DNA of 63,898 nt, filler included. It is 14 parts of 14 records of this genome, joined end to end, with 100 filler letters (N's around TTAATTAATTAA, not from the genome) between each part and the next. Parts side by side here need not be neighbours in the genome. Positions count along the whole stretch, not along the records: positions 22,270 to 28,216 come from SRR7504441_24309; positions 28,317 to 32,528 come from SRR7504441_24437; positions 32,629 to 37,785 come from SRR7504441_24623; 11 more parts are not named here. The stretch is one strand, 5' to 3'. Under the pieces are notes generated by a model. It ran no database searches, was not told where the DNA came from, and worked only from the letters and a program-made list of their open reading frames with translations. This document shows positions 23,729-36,100 of this stretch, piece after piece. Within the stretch, counting starts at the first letter, position 1, and each line of letters starts with the position of its first letter. The position numbers and the translations under genes were made by a program.

Positions 23729-26699
23729 ATGGAGGTGACACAGATCCTGCTGAACGCACAGAACCCGGACCTCAATGTCCGTGGTGCGGCCGAGAAGCAG
23801 CTTGAGCAGGCCCGGGATGCGCAGTTTGCTCAATTCATGGTGACGATGGTGCAGGAGCTTCAAAATGAGCAGAAGCCGACCCAGGCCCGGATGTTGGCCG
23901 GTCTGCTCGTCAAGAATGCACTTTGGGCAAAGAGCGACGCACAGTATGAGATTCACAGGCAGCGCTGGCTCGCGACAGACATGCAGGTGCGCAACCAGGT
24001 TAAGACAGGGGCACTGCAGACCACTGCCTCGCCCGACCAGCACGCCCGAGCGCAGGCGTGCAGCGTCGTGTCCAAGCTCGCATCGCTCGAGCTCCCGAAC
24101 GGAACCTGGCCCGAAGTCATCCCGGCACTGAAGGGGAATGTCTCGCAGGAGGGGAATGTCGACGCCAGACACGGTGCGCTGGTGTCGCTCGGGTTCATCT
24201 GCCAAGATCTGTCGGATATCGAGTCGGACTGTCTGGAGTCGCAGGCGAACGACGTGCTGACTGCCGTGATCCACGGGCTGCGCAAAGAGGAGACCAACAT
24301 GGAGATCAAATTTGCCGCAGCTCAAGCTCTCAACAACGCGCTCGAGTTTGCTCACGACATCTTTCAGCGAGAGCAGGAGAGAAACTACATCATGCAGCAA
24401 GTGTGTGAGGCGACCCGGGCGCAGGACCCGCGCATCAGGAGGGAATCGGTCGAGTGTCTGTGCACGATCGCATACCACTACTATGGAATGCTGACTCCAT
24501 ACATGGATGCGATTTCTCAAATCACTGTGACAGCGATCAAAGAGGACCAACAGGAGGTGGGCACTACGGCGCTGGAGTGTTGGTCTACTGTGGTCGAGGA
24601 GGAGCTCGGCATCCAAAGCGACATCGAGCAGTATGGGCAGTCGGAGCAGCAGCTGCTGAACATCACTGAGCGGGCAGTCCCGTTCCTGGTGCCACTCCTG
24701 CTTGAGTGCCTCACCAAACAGACCGGCGACGAAGACGAAGACGAGTGGACAGTGTACAAGGCCGCTGGTGTCTGCTTGGAGCTGGTCGCTCAGTGTGCCA
24801 AGGACTGTGTTGTTGAGATCGTAATGAAATTTGTCAACGAAAACGTGGCCTCTTCAAACTGGATTCTGCAAGATGCTGCCACTCTAGCTTTCGGCGCTCT
24901 TCTCGATGGGCCGTCTGAGGAGAAGCTGAGACCATGGGTGGATCAAGCTACTCGGGTATTCTTGGACACACTGTGTAGTCAGGCTAGGGTGGAGGTGCGC
25001 GACACCACTGCCTGGGCAATCGCTAAAATCCTGGAGAATCATCCTGGGCTCGTCGCCCAGGACGTTTTCCCGAAGCTGCTTGAGGCCTTGCTCAAGGCCC
25101 TTACAGGAGAGCCTCGCGTGGCTGTTCATGTGTGCTTTGCCATTGAGAAACTGGCACTTCACATTGAAGAGATGACTGCTGATGAGGAGGCAACTACTAA
25201 CCAGCTCTCGCAAGTGATGGCACCGTTGCTACAAGCACTTGTGCAAGCGGCAGATAGGCAAGATGCGTCAGAAGTGACAGCAACAGGCTTTGACTTGATG
25301 ACGTGTGCATACGACGCGCTTGACGTGCTCGTCAAGGGCTCTGCACCAGACTGTGCTCCACTGATGGTTCAGCTGGCACCAGTTATCACCAAGAAGCTTC
25401 AGGCGACCTTCCAGGTGAATCCTGTTGAATGATACGTTTGTACTGATTCTGGGATGTAGGTGAACCAGGCAAACATTTCTGACAAAGAGTGCGCACAAAT
25501 TGCAAATATGCAAGGCCAATGCTGTGGGGTTCTGCTTGGCCTGTCCACAAAGCTGGACCAGGCACAGTTGGAACAGCTGGCACCCGGAATGATGCAATGC
25601 TTTCTGCACCTATTTGTCACAAAGGCCTCCACCACGTACGAAGAAGCCTTTATGGTGATTTGCTTTGCTTAGAGCCTGTGTTGAACTTCAGCCTGTGTAG
25701 GCGATTGGCACCTTGGCATCAAATCTGGGGCCATCTTTCATGCAGTACATGCCTACTTTCAAGGATCTGCTCATCAAAGGTCTAGAGAACAGCGAAGAGC
25801 ACACAATCTGCCTGGCAGCGGTAAAAACCCACCTCCTTAATATGCGCTGGCCTTTTAGTTGTGTATGACGATCTTCACTGCTGCCTTCCTCTGGAGAGCA
25901 CTGCTCAGTGACACCATTACAGTGATGGCCCCCTGCCAGGGGCTAGCCGACACATGATGTTCAATACTTGCTTGGCCTTGCCCATTCAATCTTCGTTTAA
26001 TTGCCTGTCTGTCAGGTTGGTGTCATTGGGGACCTTTGCCGAGCTCTCAACCAGCAGATACTTCCATTCTGTGATCCAATCATGCTACAACTGATGAAGA
26101 ATTTGATTGATCAAGACCTGCACCGATCTGTGAAGCCACCAATTCTCTCATGCTTTGGGGATATAGCGCTTGCCATTGGTGCAAGCTTTGAGCCTTTCAT
26201 GGAGCACTCAATGACAATGCTTCACAATGCTGGTACAATTGTGCTCCAAGTGAATGACCCTGATGATGAGGAGTACAAGAACAAACTGCATGAAAATATT
26301 ATTGAAGGATACTCTGGAATTATCCAGGCAATGAAGGATTGCCAGCGGGCGCAATTAGTCGAGAAGTTCCTGCCCAATATTTGTGCTTTCCTTGAGGAAA
26401 AGATTGCAGCAAATCCCAACAGAGACCCTAGCATCACAAAGAGTGCCATTAACCTGGTTGGAGATCTCGCGCAGGTAATAGCTCAGCTCTGTGCGCTCTT
26501 TTGAGCTTGTGTGTGTCAGTCGATGAAAGGGTCTGTGAAGGGTTACCTACAGAGACCGTGGGTACAAAATCTGCTCAACAGTGCAGAGGCAGCAGATTGT
26601 GTCGAAGATGCCAAGTGGGCTCACTCTCAGGTGCCTTGCTCATCCAGTCAATGGCCTCTGATGATTTGAGTGTAGGTTCAAATATGTTTGAGATCATGA
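23729..26699 (+). CDS. KPNB1: Importin subunit beta-1 (karyopherin beta 1)
   Basis: RGAAEKQLEQ, RMLAGLLVKNAL, LELPNGTWPEVI, ERNYIMQQVCEAT, DEDEWTVYKAAGVCL, VRDTTAW and RSVKPPILSCFGDIALAIG; introns in the 3' half. Confidence 0.96.
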
Positions 26700-27224
26700 G
26701 AGGAGTCAGTCAGTATTGCTAACCAAACTGATGATAAGACATTGATGTAGGATGGTGTTTCAGAGTAGCAGCAAAGATTGCTCTACTTTGTATAGGGTGC
26801 ATCTGAGATTGCTGGATTATTATAGGAGAGTACAACCATGAATTAAGAGGTGGTATTGTCGCTCAGGGAAAGCTCAGTAAGGAGAGACGTATCAGTACAC
26901 CAAGCCTTTCACTTTTCCAGCAGCCTCTACCAGTACATGAACTTATTACAGCAACAATTCATCAGTAACATCCCCGACCTTCAGTCCCAGCTCCAGCCGT
27001 CCCAGCCCCAAACCTTGAGTCCAGTCCATTTCAGTTGAAAACCCTACAGTAGCAAACTCTCCTAAGATCTTCCTTAACTAATCCTTTCTTTCACGCAGTT
27101 TTAAACTTCCTCCTTCATACATTTACTTTCTCTCCAATTTTTGATCGACTTTTAATACTGTTACCGTAGTACATGTACAATTTATGATAAGTTAGCACTT
27201 ATTCTAAAGCACTGAGCAATCAAC

Positions 27225-28216
27225 TCAGTGGGCCAAGCTTGCCCAAGGAACTTTCGTCACGATGACATCCTCTTTGTTATTAGTTGCAACCACATACAAG
27301 CCTTGCATTGCCTCCGGAGCTGGTGACACAACGCTAAGGCCCTGGGGATAACTCGGACCCACATTCTTGTTCTTCTTTTGCCTGCCTTTGCATACAGATC
27401 TACCACCAGCCAGCGCGGTGCAGGTTTGCACAATCTTGCAGCTTGAAAACTCCTTGCCGTCAACGGAAGTTGAAATCGTGAGAGGATCACGAACTTTTGC
27501 TGGTGCAACATTAGAAAGTAAATAGACACCATGGCCATCTGGCAAGGGTCCTGCATTTAAGTTGCTGTCGTCGTTCGGTATATTGGTCTCACCGACAGCC
27601 GACCATCCTGTCTGTCCTGCAGTAATATCATCACGCACTGAGGCCCAAAGAGTCTTGCTATGTGCTCTGAATAGCTGTACGTCCCCCCGGCCTCTCGGGA
27701 CTGGATAGTAGGCGCGCTCATTTGCCAGCCCAAGCTTTGGCGAACTCAAGTTGTAGATTTGACAACCATTTGGACACGCCTCGCATTTGAGAGTTCCGGA
27801 GCTGGAGCTGTTGGCACATGGAGGCTCAAAGCCCCCTGCTGGCACACCACTGGCATCAGAGAGCGAGCTAACGTCGGCTCGCGTCTGCTGATCCATTTCA
27901 TTCAGCCGCTTGACGCCAGCTTTGCTAGCCACTGCCGCGTACAGCTGCGGTGGGCCGTAACTTGTAGCCCAGAATATGTCGCCAAGTGCATCAGGCCTCA
28001 CTTCCCGCAGCATTAGCAGTCCCCTAGGCTGCACTCCGCTCTGATCCGGATGCTTGGTGTTGCAGCCCGGGCAATTGCAGTTACGAGGGTCCAGTCCATC
28101 TGCAACATCTCAGCAAGCTGAGGCCAGAGATGGCACCTGGCCACTGGCAGAACTGCGCGCCCTGCGCATCGCCCAATTTGATCACGGCGGGTGAGGCCGA
28201 GGCGAAAAGCCGGCCG
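27225..28216 (-). CDS. BNR/exo-alpha-sialidase-like beta-propeller protein, 5' truncated
   Basis: SNLNAGPLPDG..YLLSN...RDPLTISTSVDGKEF (Asp-box-like), GPSYPQ and LYVVATNNKEDV. Confidence 0.65.
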
Positions 28217-28316
28217 NNNNNNNNNNNNNNNNNNNNNNNNNNNNNNNNNNNNNNNNNNNNTTAATTAATTAANNNNNNNNNNNNNNNNNNNNNNNNNNNN
28301 NNNNNNNNNNNNNNNN

Positions 28317-30990
28317 AGGTCCGGGTGGCGCTCCTGTTCGCGGGCGAGCAGCCGCTTGACGTGCAGCCGCTGCTGGGGCGGGGTGAAGCAGGCCGGGCAG
28401 TTGTCCTCGATCACGGGCAGGCCGGCCAGCTCGGCATATGCTCGCATCAGCTGCTCCCTGCAGAGCACCAGCGGCCTGATCACCCGCAAGTCGCCCTCGT
28501 CCACCGTGTAATTGGCCTTCATTGTCTGGAGTGAGCCGTTCATGAACGCTGACATCACAAAAGACTCAGCAAAGTCGTCCAAGTGCTGTCCAAGCGCCAG
28601 CACATTGTAATGCTCCCGCCGGCAGCACCGGTAGAGCACCCCGCGCTTCATCCGAGAGCAGAAGGCGCAGATGGACGGCTTGCCCGACATCGAGGCTCCG
28701 GCCCGCTCGATGATCGGCTGGCTCTCGTAGAAGTACGGCACCCCCAGCCTGCCAAAGTACTCTTTGAGAGGCGACGGGTCAAACGCAGGAGTCTCCGGGT
28801 CGACTGGCCTGTCCGCTCAGCCGGCGGCGGGGCTCGGCCGGCACCAGTGCAGCAGCCGATCTCAAACTGTATGGGCGAGCTCCGGCGGATCGCATCGAGC
28901 GTGTGAAACAGTGAGAGCGAGTCTTTGCCGCCGGACACGCCCACCAGCACCCGGTCGCCTGGTTCGATCATCTTGAACTCCGCCAGCGCCTTCCCGCACA
29001 GCCGGCGCAGCTTCTTGCTCAGCTTGGTCTGCTCGCTCTTGCTTGGGCCCCTGCTCGGCTGGGCCTCGGGCTCACTCACGGCGCTGCTGATCATCACCGT
29101 CCGCGACACTGGCTCGACCAGCTGGGTTGGCTGTGCGTACCGTGCGCAGTTTACTGGCCCGGTAAGGCTGGGCAGCTGGCCCGGGCCGGTGGCCTCGTGC
29201 GGGGCAGTCCACCAGCGGAGCGGCTCGGCCTGCGCGCCCCAGCACGGCTTGGCCAGCTCAGGCGGCGGGCGCAGCTCGTGCAGGATCCGCCCGAACTGGG
29301 CCAAGCTGTCTCGCCGGGCGGCCGCAGGATCGGCGAACACGAGCGCAGGCTCAGGCGCGCAGAGGCCGTGCGGAGAGTCGGGGGCGAAAGAGACTGCGTC
29401 GAGCCACCGGCGGCCAACCGCTTTGCCGGCAACCGACCTGTGCTCGAACTGGCCAGTGGCCTCGAAGCAGGTGTAGTGCGGGAGCAGCCGGTGTCCGTGC
29501 TCGGCGACCAGCTCGACAGCTCTGATGATAAACTCGACCAACTCGGGCTCGAACAAATAGCTGAACGACACCCGCACAAACCCCGGCCGGAACAGCTCGA
29601 GCCCGTCCAGCAGCAGCTGCTCCAGCCGATCGATGTCGCCCGGTGCGAGTCCCAGCAGCCGCTGCACATACGGTCCTGCACAGGCGCACCCGCCTCGAGC
29701 TTGCAGCCCAAACAGATCGCTGAGCAGCGCCGTCACCAGGTTGTAGTGCAGGTACCGAGCCCCGCACCGCACCATCAGCGAGACCACCCCCAGCCGGCTC
29801 GGGCCGTCGGCGGTGGCGGGGGGGCCTAGCAGCTCGATATTGGGGTGTGCAGCCCACCGCTGTGTGGCGAGGGCGATCATGCTGGCTTCTCTCTGCTCGA
29901 TCAGCTCCACCCCCACAGACTCCCTCAGCTTGAACACAAGCCCGGCCCGTATCGACTCCACGATCGCCGGAGTGCCGCCCTCCTCGCGCAGCTCGTCACT
30001 CGCATGGTACCGATGGTCCGATTCGGTCACGATGAACACAGTGCCACCCGACGGCTCAGCCGGCACCCTCACTCGGTCGAGCAGCCGCCGCTTGATCAAC
30101 AGCAGCCCCGGGGTCTGCGGCCCGCCAACCATCTTGTGCGGGGACACGAAAAGCCCGTCAACCTGCAGCATCCGCAGCTGATCTGGCTCTACGCCCAGCC
30201 CGGCACAGTCGGCAGGCACCACGCATGGGTTGGCCCGCACGTGCGTGTGCGGCGCGGAGGCCGCATAGTCCCAGAAGGCCAGCGCCCCGTGCAAGTGGGC
30301 CAGCGCCGTGAGCCGGGGTACGTTCTGCTCGATTCCGGTTACGTTTGAAGCGGCGGCCATTGCCACCACGAGCAGCTGGGCGCCGCTGTGCCGCTCCAGC
30401 TCCGACACCAGCGCCTGCTCGTCCACGCGGCCGGCCTGGTCCTCCGGGATCACCACCACCGTGGCCCGGCTCTCCCGCCAGGGGAGCAGGTTGCTGTGGT
30501 GGTCGTGCGGCCCCACCAGCACCACCGCCCCCGCCTCCCCGCCGCTCTCGCTCGTACGCCAGTGCGGCGCGCTGTACGACGGGTTGGCGTGGCGGTCCGG
30601 GTTGTACCGATCCGGCTCCGGCTCGGCCACCGCCGGCCGACCCAGCCCGAGGTAGTGGACCAGCCGGGCGGCCGCGGCCGAGCTGCCCGAGCCGATGAAG
30701 AGCAGCGCGTCGTCCGGCCCGCCGCCCAGCCCGCGCTTGACGATGGCCCGGGCCTCCTCCCGGAAGTTGGTGGTCTGGCGGGCGGTGGCCGCGTTCGAGT
30801 GGGTGTTGCCGTACAGCGGGAGGACCTGCTCCTGGATGTACCGCTCGATCCCGCGCACCGCACGCCCGGAGCCGGTCCAGTCCGCATACGTCACGCAGCG
30901 CACGCCAAACGGACCCTCGAATCCCGCTGCTGCCCCGATGCAGCTCTCCGCGATCCGAGCCACCAGCAGCTCGCCGGGCTGCTCCCCCAT
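28317..30990 (-). CDS. Fusion: class-V PLP aminotransferase (cysteine-desulfurase-like) plus TtcA-type PP-loop tRNA thiolase; 3' truncated
   Basis: YADWTGSGR, YGNTHS, HHSNLLPW, ASNVTG, WDYAA, SPHKM, EEGGTP and RGGCACAGPY. After a 41-nt intron (28804-28844): VGVSGGKDS, ICAFCSRMKRG, LGQHLDD, VIRPL and DNCPAC. Confidence 0.88.
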
Positions 30991-31104
30991 TTCGTCCCTC
31001 AGCAGGGCGGAGCGGGAGCCGCTCCGCGTCCTAAGTCCGTTACGACAGGAGAACGACTGTCAACTGCCAGCTGACCGCTGCAGTTGCCAACAGACACAGT
31101 CACG

Positions 31105-31796
31105 ATGGCTGTCTGCAGTGCCGAGGATGTATTGACGTACTGGTTCAGCGGCACAGCGGATGAGCAGAAGACCCGCCACTGGAAAGGGCTCCCGGAAACC
31201 GACGCAGAGATCAAGGAGCAGTTTACCGCCACATGGGAGGCTCTCTCGGACCCCGCAAACACGGCGCTGGCAGACGAGTGGGCAGCGGGTGAGTGCACTG
31301 TAGTATACATCAGTCGTCAGTGTGTCTGTTGTACTGTGTCCCGAGTCGTATTTCAAAGCGCATATATATGTAGCTCGGTAGCCCGCACCCTATGCGTGAC
31401 TCCATCTCTGCAGGTGGCATCCGCTCTGTGTTGGGACTCATCATCGTCTGGGACCAGTTCAGCCGCGTGCTCTGGAGAGGGGACGGCAAAGCTTTCAGCA
31501 ACGACAACCGTGCGGGCAAGTTGGCCATGGAGACCCTCAAGTCCGGAGCTGCCGACGAATTGGAGAAAGGAGAGGTGATTTTCATCAAGATGCCGCTGCT
31601 CCACGCTGAGGATGTCGAGGTGCACCGGTGGAATGCGTCGCAGGAGGGAGGCGACTCGGACCATGTGCAGGGCCATCTCAAGGTGATCGAGCGATTTGGA
31701 CGCTTCCCGAAGCGAAATGCGGCTCTGGGTCGTGAGAGTACTCCTGAGGAGGTTGAGTACATGGCCAGCGAGGAAGCGCAGGGCAGGCCATACTGA
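31105..31796 (+). CDS. DUF924 family protein, one 125-nt intron (31289-31413)
   Basis: DVLTYWF, DAEIKEQF, IIVWDQFSR, MPLLHAED and IERFGRFPKRNAALGRESTPEE. Confidence 0.88.
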
Positions 31797-32242
31797 TCGG
31801 TGCACCCCGATTTCGTCCCTCAGCAGGCGGCAGCGAAGAAGGCAGCGGCGGACGAGGCTGCAGCCAGTGAGGAAGGACCGGCCGGCGCCGCGTCCGTTAC
31901 GGCATATTATACAAGTACCGCTACGATACGAAGCGAGAATTGAAATGAAGCAGGACTTCGCGAGCTCGAGCTCCGGAGCTCGCGCTCATCTATATCTTGA
32001 ATTCATAGATCTAGATTCATTGTACACGGCAAATACGAATCGACCTAGGTTTATCTACGAGTCCTTTGACCGGTATCTTGTGAAGACCAAGATGGTGACT
32101 GACGCACTGACGCAGCGCTCATCACTCTCATTGTAATCACTCTCATTATAATAATGGCTCGTGGCACACCTCCATGACATTGTCCCTTGCCTTGGTTTGC
32201 GCTTCGCCTCAACGCTGGTACATTGCCCGGCTGTCCCTCAGG

Positions 32243-32528
32243 CTAGCCAATTCGCAACCAGGCAGTTGGAACTAGCCAGTTCCGCCGGGGCAGACACCAA
32301 GTGGCTTGGTCTTTGTGCCCCAGCTGGCCGTTGGAACCCTCCCCAAACGTGTAGACCTGCTGATCCAGAGTGGCCACCACGCTGTGGGTGTGACCGGCTG
32401 CAGCTCTGACCACCTGCCTGCCGGCCAATGCCTCTACTCGCCGAGGGGAATATTCCGTCTCTTGGGAGTTGTGGCCCAGCCGACCATGGGCGCCATGCCC
32501 CCACGAGTATAGCTCGCCCGAGTCGGTC
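32243..32528 (-). CDS. RCC1-repeat protein, 3' fragment
   Basis: TDSGELYSWG and VVRAAAGHTHSVVATLDQQVYTFGEGSNGQLG. Confidence 0.7.
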
Positions 32529-32628
32529 NNNNNNNNNNNNNNNNNNNNNNNNNNNNNNNNNNNNNNNNNNNNTTAATTAATTAANNNNNNNNNNNNNNNN
32601 NNNNNNNNNNNNNNNNNNNNNNNNNNNN

Positions 32629-32772
32629 GACTGCTTCTGGGGCTCGGCTGAGTACGGGCTTGAGCCGCCGCCCGACCTGACTGGGCTGCCGCTGCACATG
32701 GTCAAGACTTCAAACGCTACCTGGGGCCACTATGGCGAGATGGCCGGCGGGCAGCCATGGGTGTTCAACTAG
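32629..32772 (+). CDS. Short 3' fragment of an unidentified gene
   Basis: Open frame (...PPPDLTGLPLHMVKTSNATWGHYGEMAGGQPWVFN*) from the contig edge, followed by an AT-rich spacer. Confidence 0.35.
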   Translation, partial: DCFWGSAEYGLEPPPDLTGLPLHMVKTSNATWGHYGEMAGGQPWVFN

Positions 32773-33176
32773 CTACATGTACAAGCCTTACAATCATGAG
32801 GCATGAGCCTGCAGACCTCTTATAGGTCTGTCAATGCTTATCTTTGCTAGAATCTGATCAATCGGTATCTTAGAATTGATCCAGTGCACTTTTAGACGTT
32901 TTAAATAGAGAACAGAACAAAGCTGGAATGACTTATGTATAGCGAGCTACATACATGTATAGTCCGGTGGAGCACATTTCACTCAGGCCACGTGTGTAAA
33001 CCTAGATCCCAAAGGACCAATTGATATTTTAAAGTTGCACATGATTGTACTTTAGTCAGACAGACGGAAACATTACTTAACATGTACAACATCATGTTTG
33101 AAACGAAGGTCACGGTCTTGTCATAGTATTGCCAATGCGACTATGCATGTTGAATACCATGAATGGACAGTGCTTC

Positions 33177-36100
33177 TTACTTTTTTAGCTGGTCGTGCAA
33201 GCTTTGTAACTCGGTGATGGCCTCTGCAATCAGTGGTTTGAGCACCTCTGTCCACTGGTCACTCTCCTCTCCAATCCGAGTCTGTATCTCACTGACTGTG
33301 CTATTGAATACGCTACTCTGTGCAAGCAGCTTTTTCCTCTTGTTGTTATGCTTGCGCATTTTGCTCTCCCAGCCCTGGCACGCCTCGCTGCCCTCCTTCT
33401 GCATGGCCTCCAGCTTCTCCATTGACTGTGTATGCCTTGCCAGCTTCTCTTGTAGCTCGCTCTGAAGCCGTTTGGCATCGTTCGCTTGCTTCTCTTCCTC
33501 CTTGAGGGCCTCGTCGGTGGATCTCAGCCGCTGTTGCGCCTCGCGTAGAGCCGCTTCAATGATCTCTGGCTTCTGCAGGTTATCCAGATTGTCCTCCGCC
33601 TGCTTGATCTGCTTGGTGTTGGTTGCGATCGCGTGCTCACTGGCTGCTTTTTCCTTCTGGTGGGCCTCGATCTGTAACTTCTGGTCTGCGAGCTCCTTGT
33701 CACAATTGGTGATCGCATTTTTCACTTCGCTCAGTAGCGTGTTCACGCGATCTTGGAGCATCAGGATGTCATTCCTCTGCTTCTCCTCCCTTGCTTGCAG
33801 CGACTCAGCAGAGTCAACTCCGTCGCCCACATCCAGGTCGTCGTCCTCGTCGCCGTCCTCGCCTTCAAGGCCGCCAATTCCGCGCATCACCTGTGACATC
33901 ATTGTCCCCATCATTTTCTGCCTCTTTGCCATCTCCTCCATCATGGACTTCATCTGCTCGCCCATCGCACTCAGCTCCTCGGCCTTCTTTTTGCTCTCGT
34001 CCTCCATCTCAATCATCGTGGCCAGCGTCTCAACTAAAGAAGTCACTCGCTTCTCCTTTTTCACTGCCTTTTTCCTCGAGTCCTCTGTCTTTTTAATCTC
34101 AGCTTCCACCTGCACTGCCGACTCAGCACTAAACCGACGACGCGCCACCTCCTCAATATGCGCAGCTGCCTCGGCAACTTTACCATTCAAAGCTTCGCTC
34201 TCGGCTTCCAGCTTCTTGACCAGTTTGGTTAGTTTTTCCTTTTGGCCGGGCGCGTCAGAGAGGGTGGCCTCGTACTGAGCGATCTGAAGCCACACCCTCA
34301 TCCAAGCCACCCAGGCCCGCCCTCGCCTGCTTGGCTGTGACTTCCTGCTCAGATTTGAGTTCCTTTAGCTGGTCTCCATGGCTCTCAGCAGTCAGCTCGG
34401 CCTGCGCAGGCACTCAGCATCCCCAAGCTCTTAGCTTTACCTGCTTGAGCTCCTGTTTGAGCTCCTCTTTGCCAGCCATGAGACTCGCAGCCTCGTCTTC
34501 CGGGTTGTCGTCGGCAGTGCTTTTGCCCAAAGCATTCATGCTTGCGGCGCATAACTCTTGCACATCGCCGAGTAGGCTTTTCAGCTCGGCGCTCTCGTCA
34601 CTGAGGATGCTTGTGCGAGCCTTGGAATCATTGCATGCGCCTGCCCAGAAGTCTCACTAAGGTCTCATCTCCCAGTCGACAGAATGCACATGCACGTACC
34701 TTCGAAGCTAGTCGACACACCCATCGCATCAGCATTCGTCTTCTCAAGCGCCGTGCGCAGTTCAATTACATTCCCCACTGCAATGATAACATTGTGCAGA
34801 GAGTCCTTGTTGAGCGCCGGCTGCAAACATCGAGAGCACCAGTCAGTCGCACGACATCTCACAGTCAATACAACACTTCAAATGAGCAACAGCGTTTCAA
34901 ACGAGCCACACAAGGATTCAAATGAGCAGCAGCGGGCCCGCACCTCCTTTGTGCGCTCGGCCACGACTGGGCTGAGACCAGTGAGCTCGGAGGCAAAGTG
35001 AGCAGAGCGTGAGGCCAGCAGCTCATCCTTCTCCCCGGATTCCTGCACCAGCCACGTCTCTCAGGATGCTGACCACGCCACACCTCGAGCAGCACGTCCG
35101 CCACATTCAGCCGCAGGGCCAGCTCCTGTACCTGCAAGGCAGTGAGAGGCCCGCCCAGCTATCCGGCACCGAGTTTTGCATCATACTGCCTGGGAACAGA
35201 TCGATCAGTGCTCGCGCCGCAAACCTGCACGTCATCCGGTGCCCAGACTGAATCGCACTGGCCAGCGCCGACTGGCCGCCTCCTGCCCGACGCGTGTCAC
35301 CAGGCCTGCTGCCCCGGTGCGCACCCTGTCGAACACGGGCCCTTAGCTCGTCACTTTCCATTGCGAACAGTGAGAGCACCCAAGTGGACATGAGCTGGGC
35401 CTGCTCTCCGGAAGTGGCCGCCATCGCCGCCAGCCGCTCCACGTCGATCGGTACTGACATGTCCACAGCCAGCTTGCGAGTCAGCTCACGCAGGCCCTCG
35501 ATTGTGGCGGAGGCCTGACCGGCCACTCACGGCGAGCAAGGCCACGCGACCCGCCTGCTCTTCGTACTGGGCAAGCAGCGGCTCGACCTGCTCCATCATC
35601 TTGGTCCATTCCTGCGGGAGCGCGGTCTGGTTGGGCAGCTCGTCTACCAGTGCAGACCCGACCAAGTACGCCAGCACCTTCACCTGGAAGTTACCAAAGT
35701 TGACCAGCCGGGTGAGCAACTGCTGCGCCCCTGCCGCCAGGCTCAGCCCGCCCTCCGCGTCGGCCGCCACCGGATGCAATCAGCCCGGATCGGCCCTCGT
35801 GTGAGCACGAGGCTCTCCAGCAGAACATGCCGACAGCACCCAGAACTTGCTCCGGCTGATCGTCGTTCCCTAGCATCTGAACCACGTGCTTGACCGCCTT
35901 CCCGCCGAGCAGCACTCCCCGGACGGTCTCGGATCGGGCCATGGTGCAAATCACGTGCAGCACGCCTTTGACCACTCGCTGCTCCTGCGGGTCTATCACT
36001 CTGATCAGGTTCAGGCACGCGATAAACCCTCTGCAGCCCCCGCTCACCGCTGACCCAGCCCAGCCCGCACCCGACTTCGATCAGGCTCTGCCTGTTGGCC

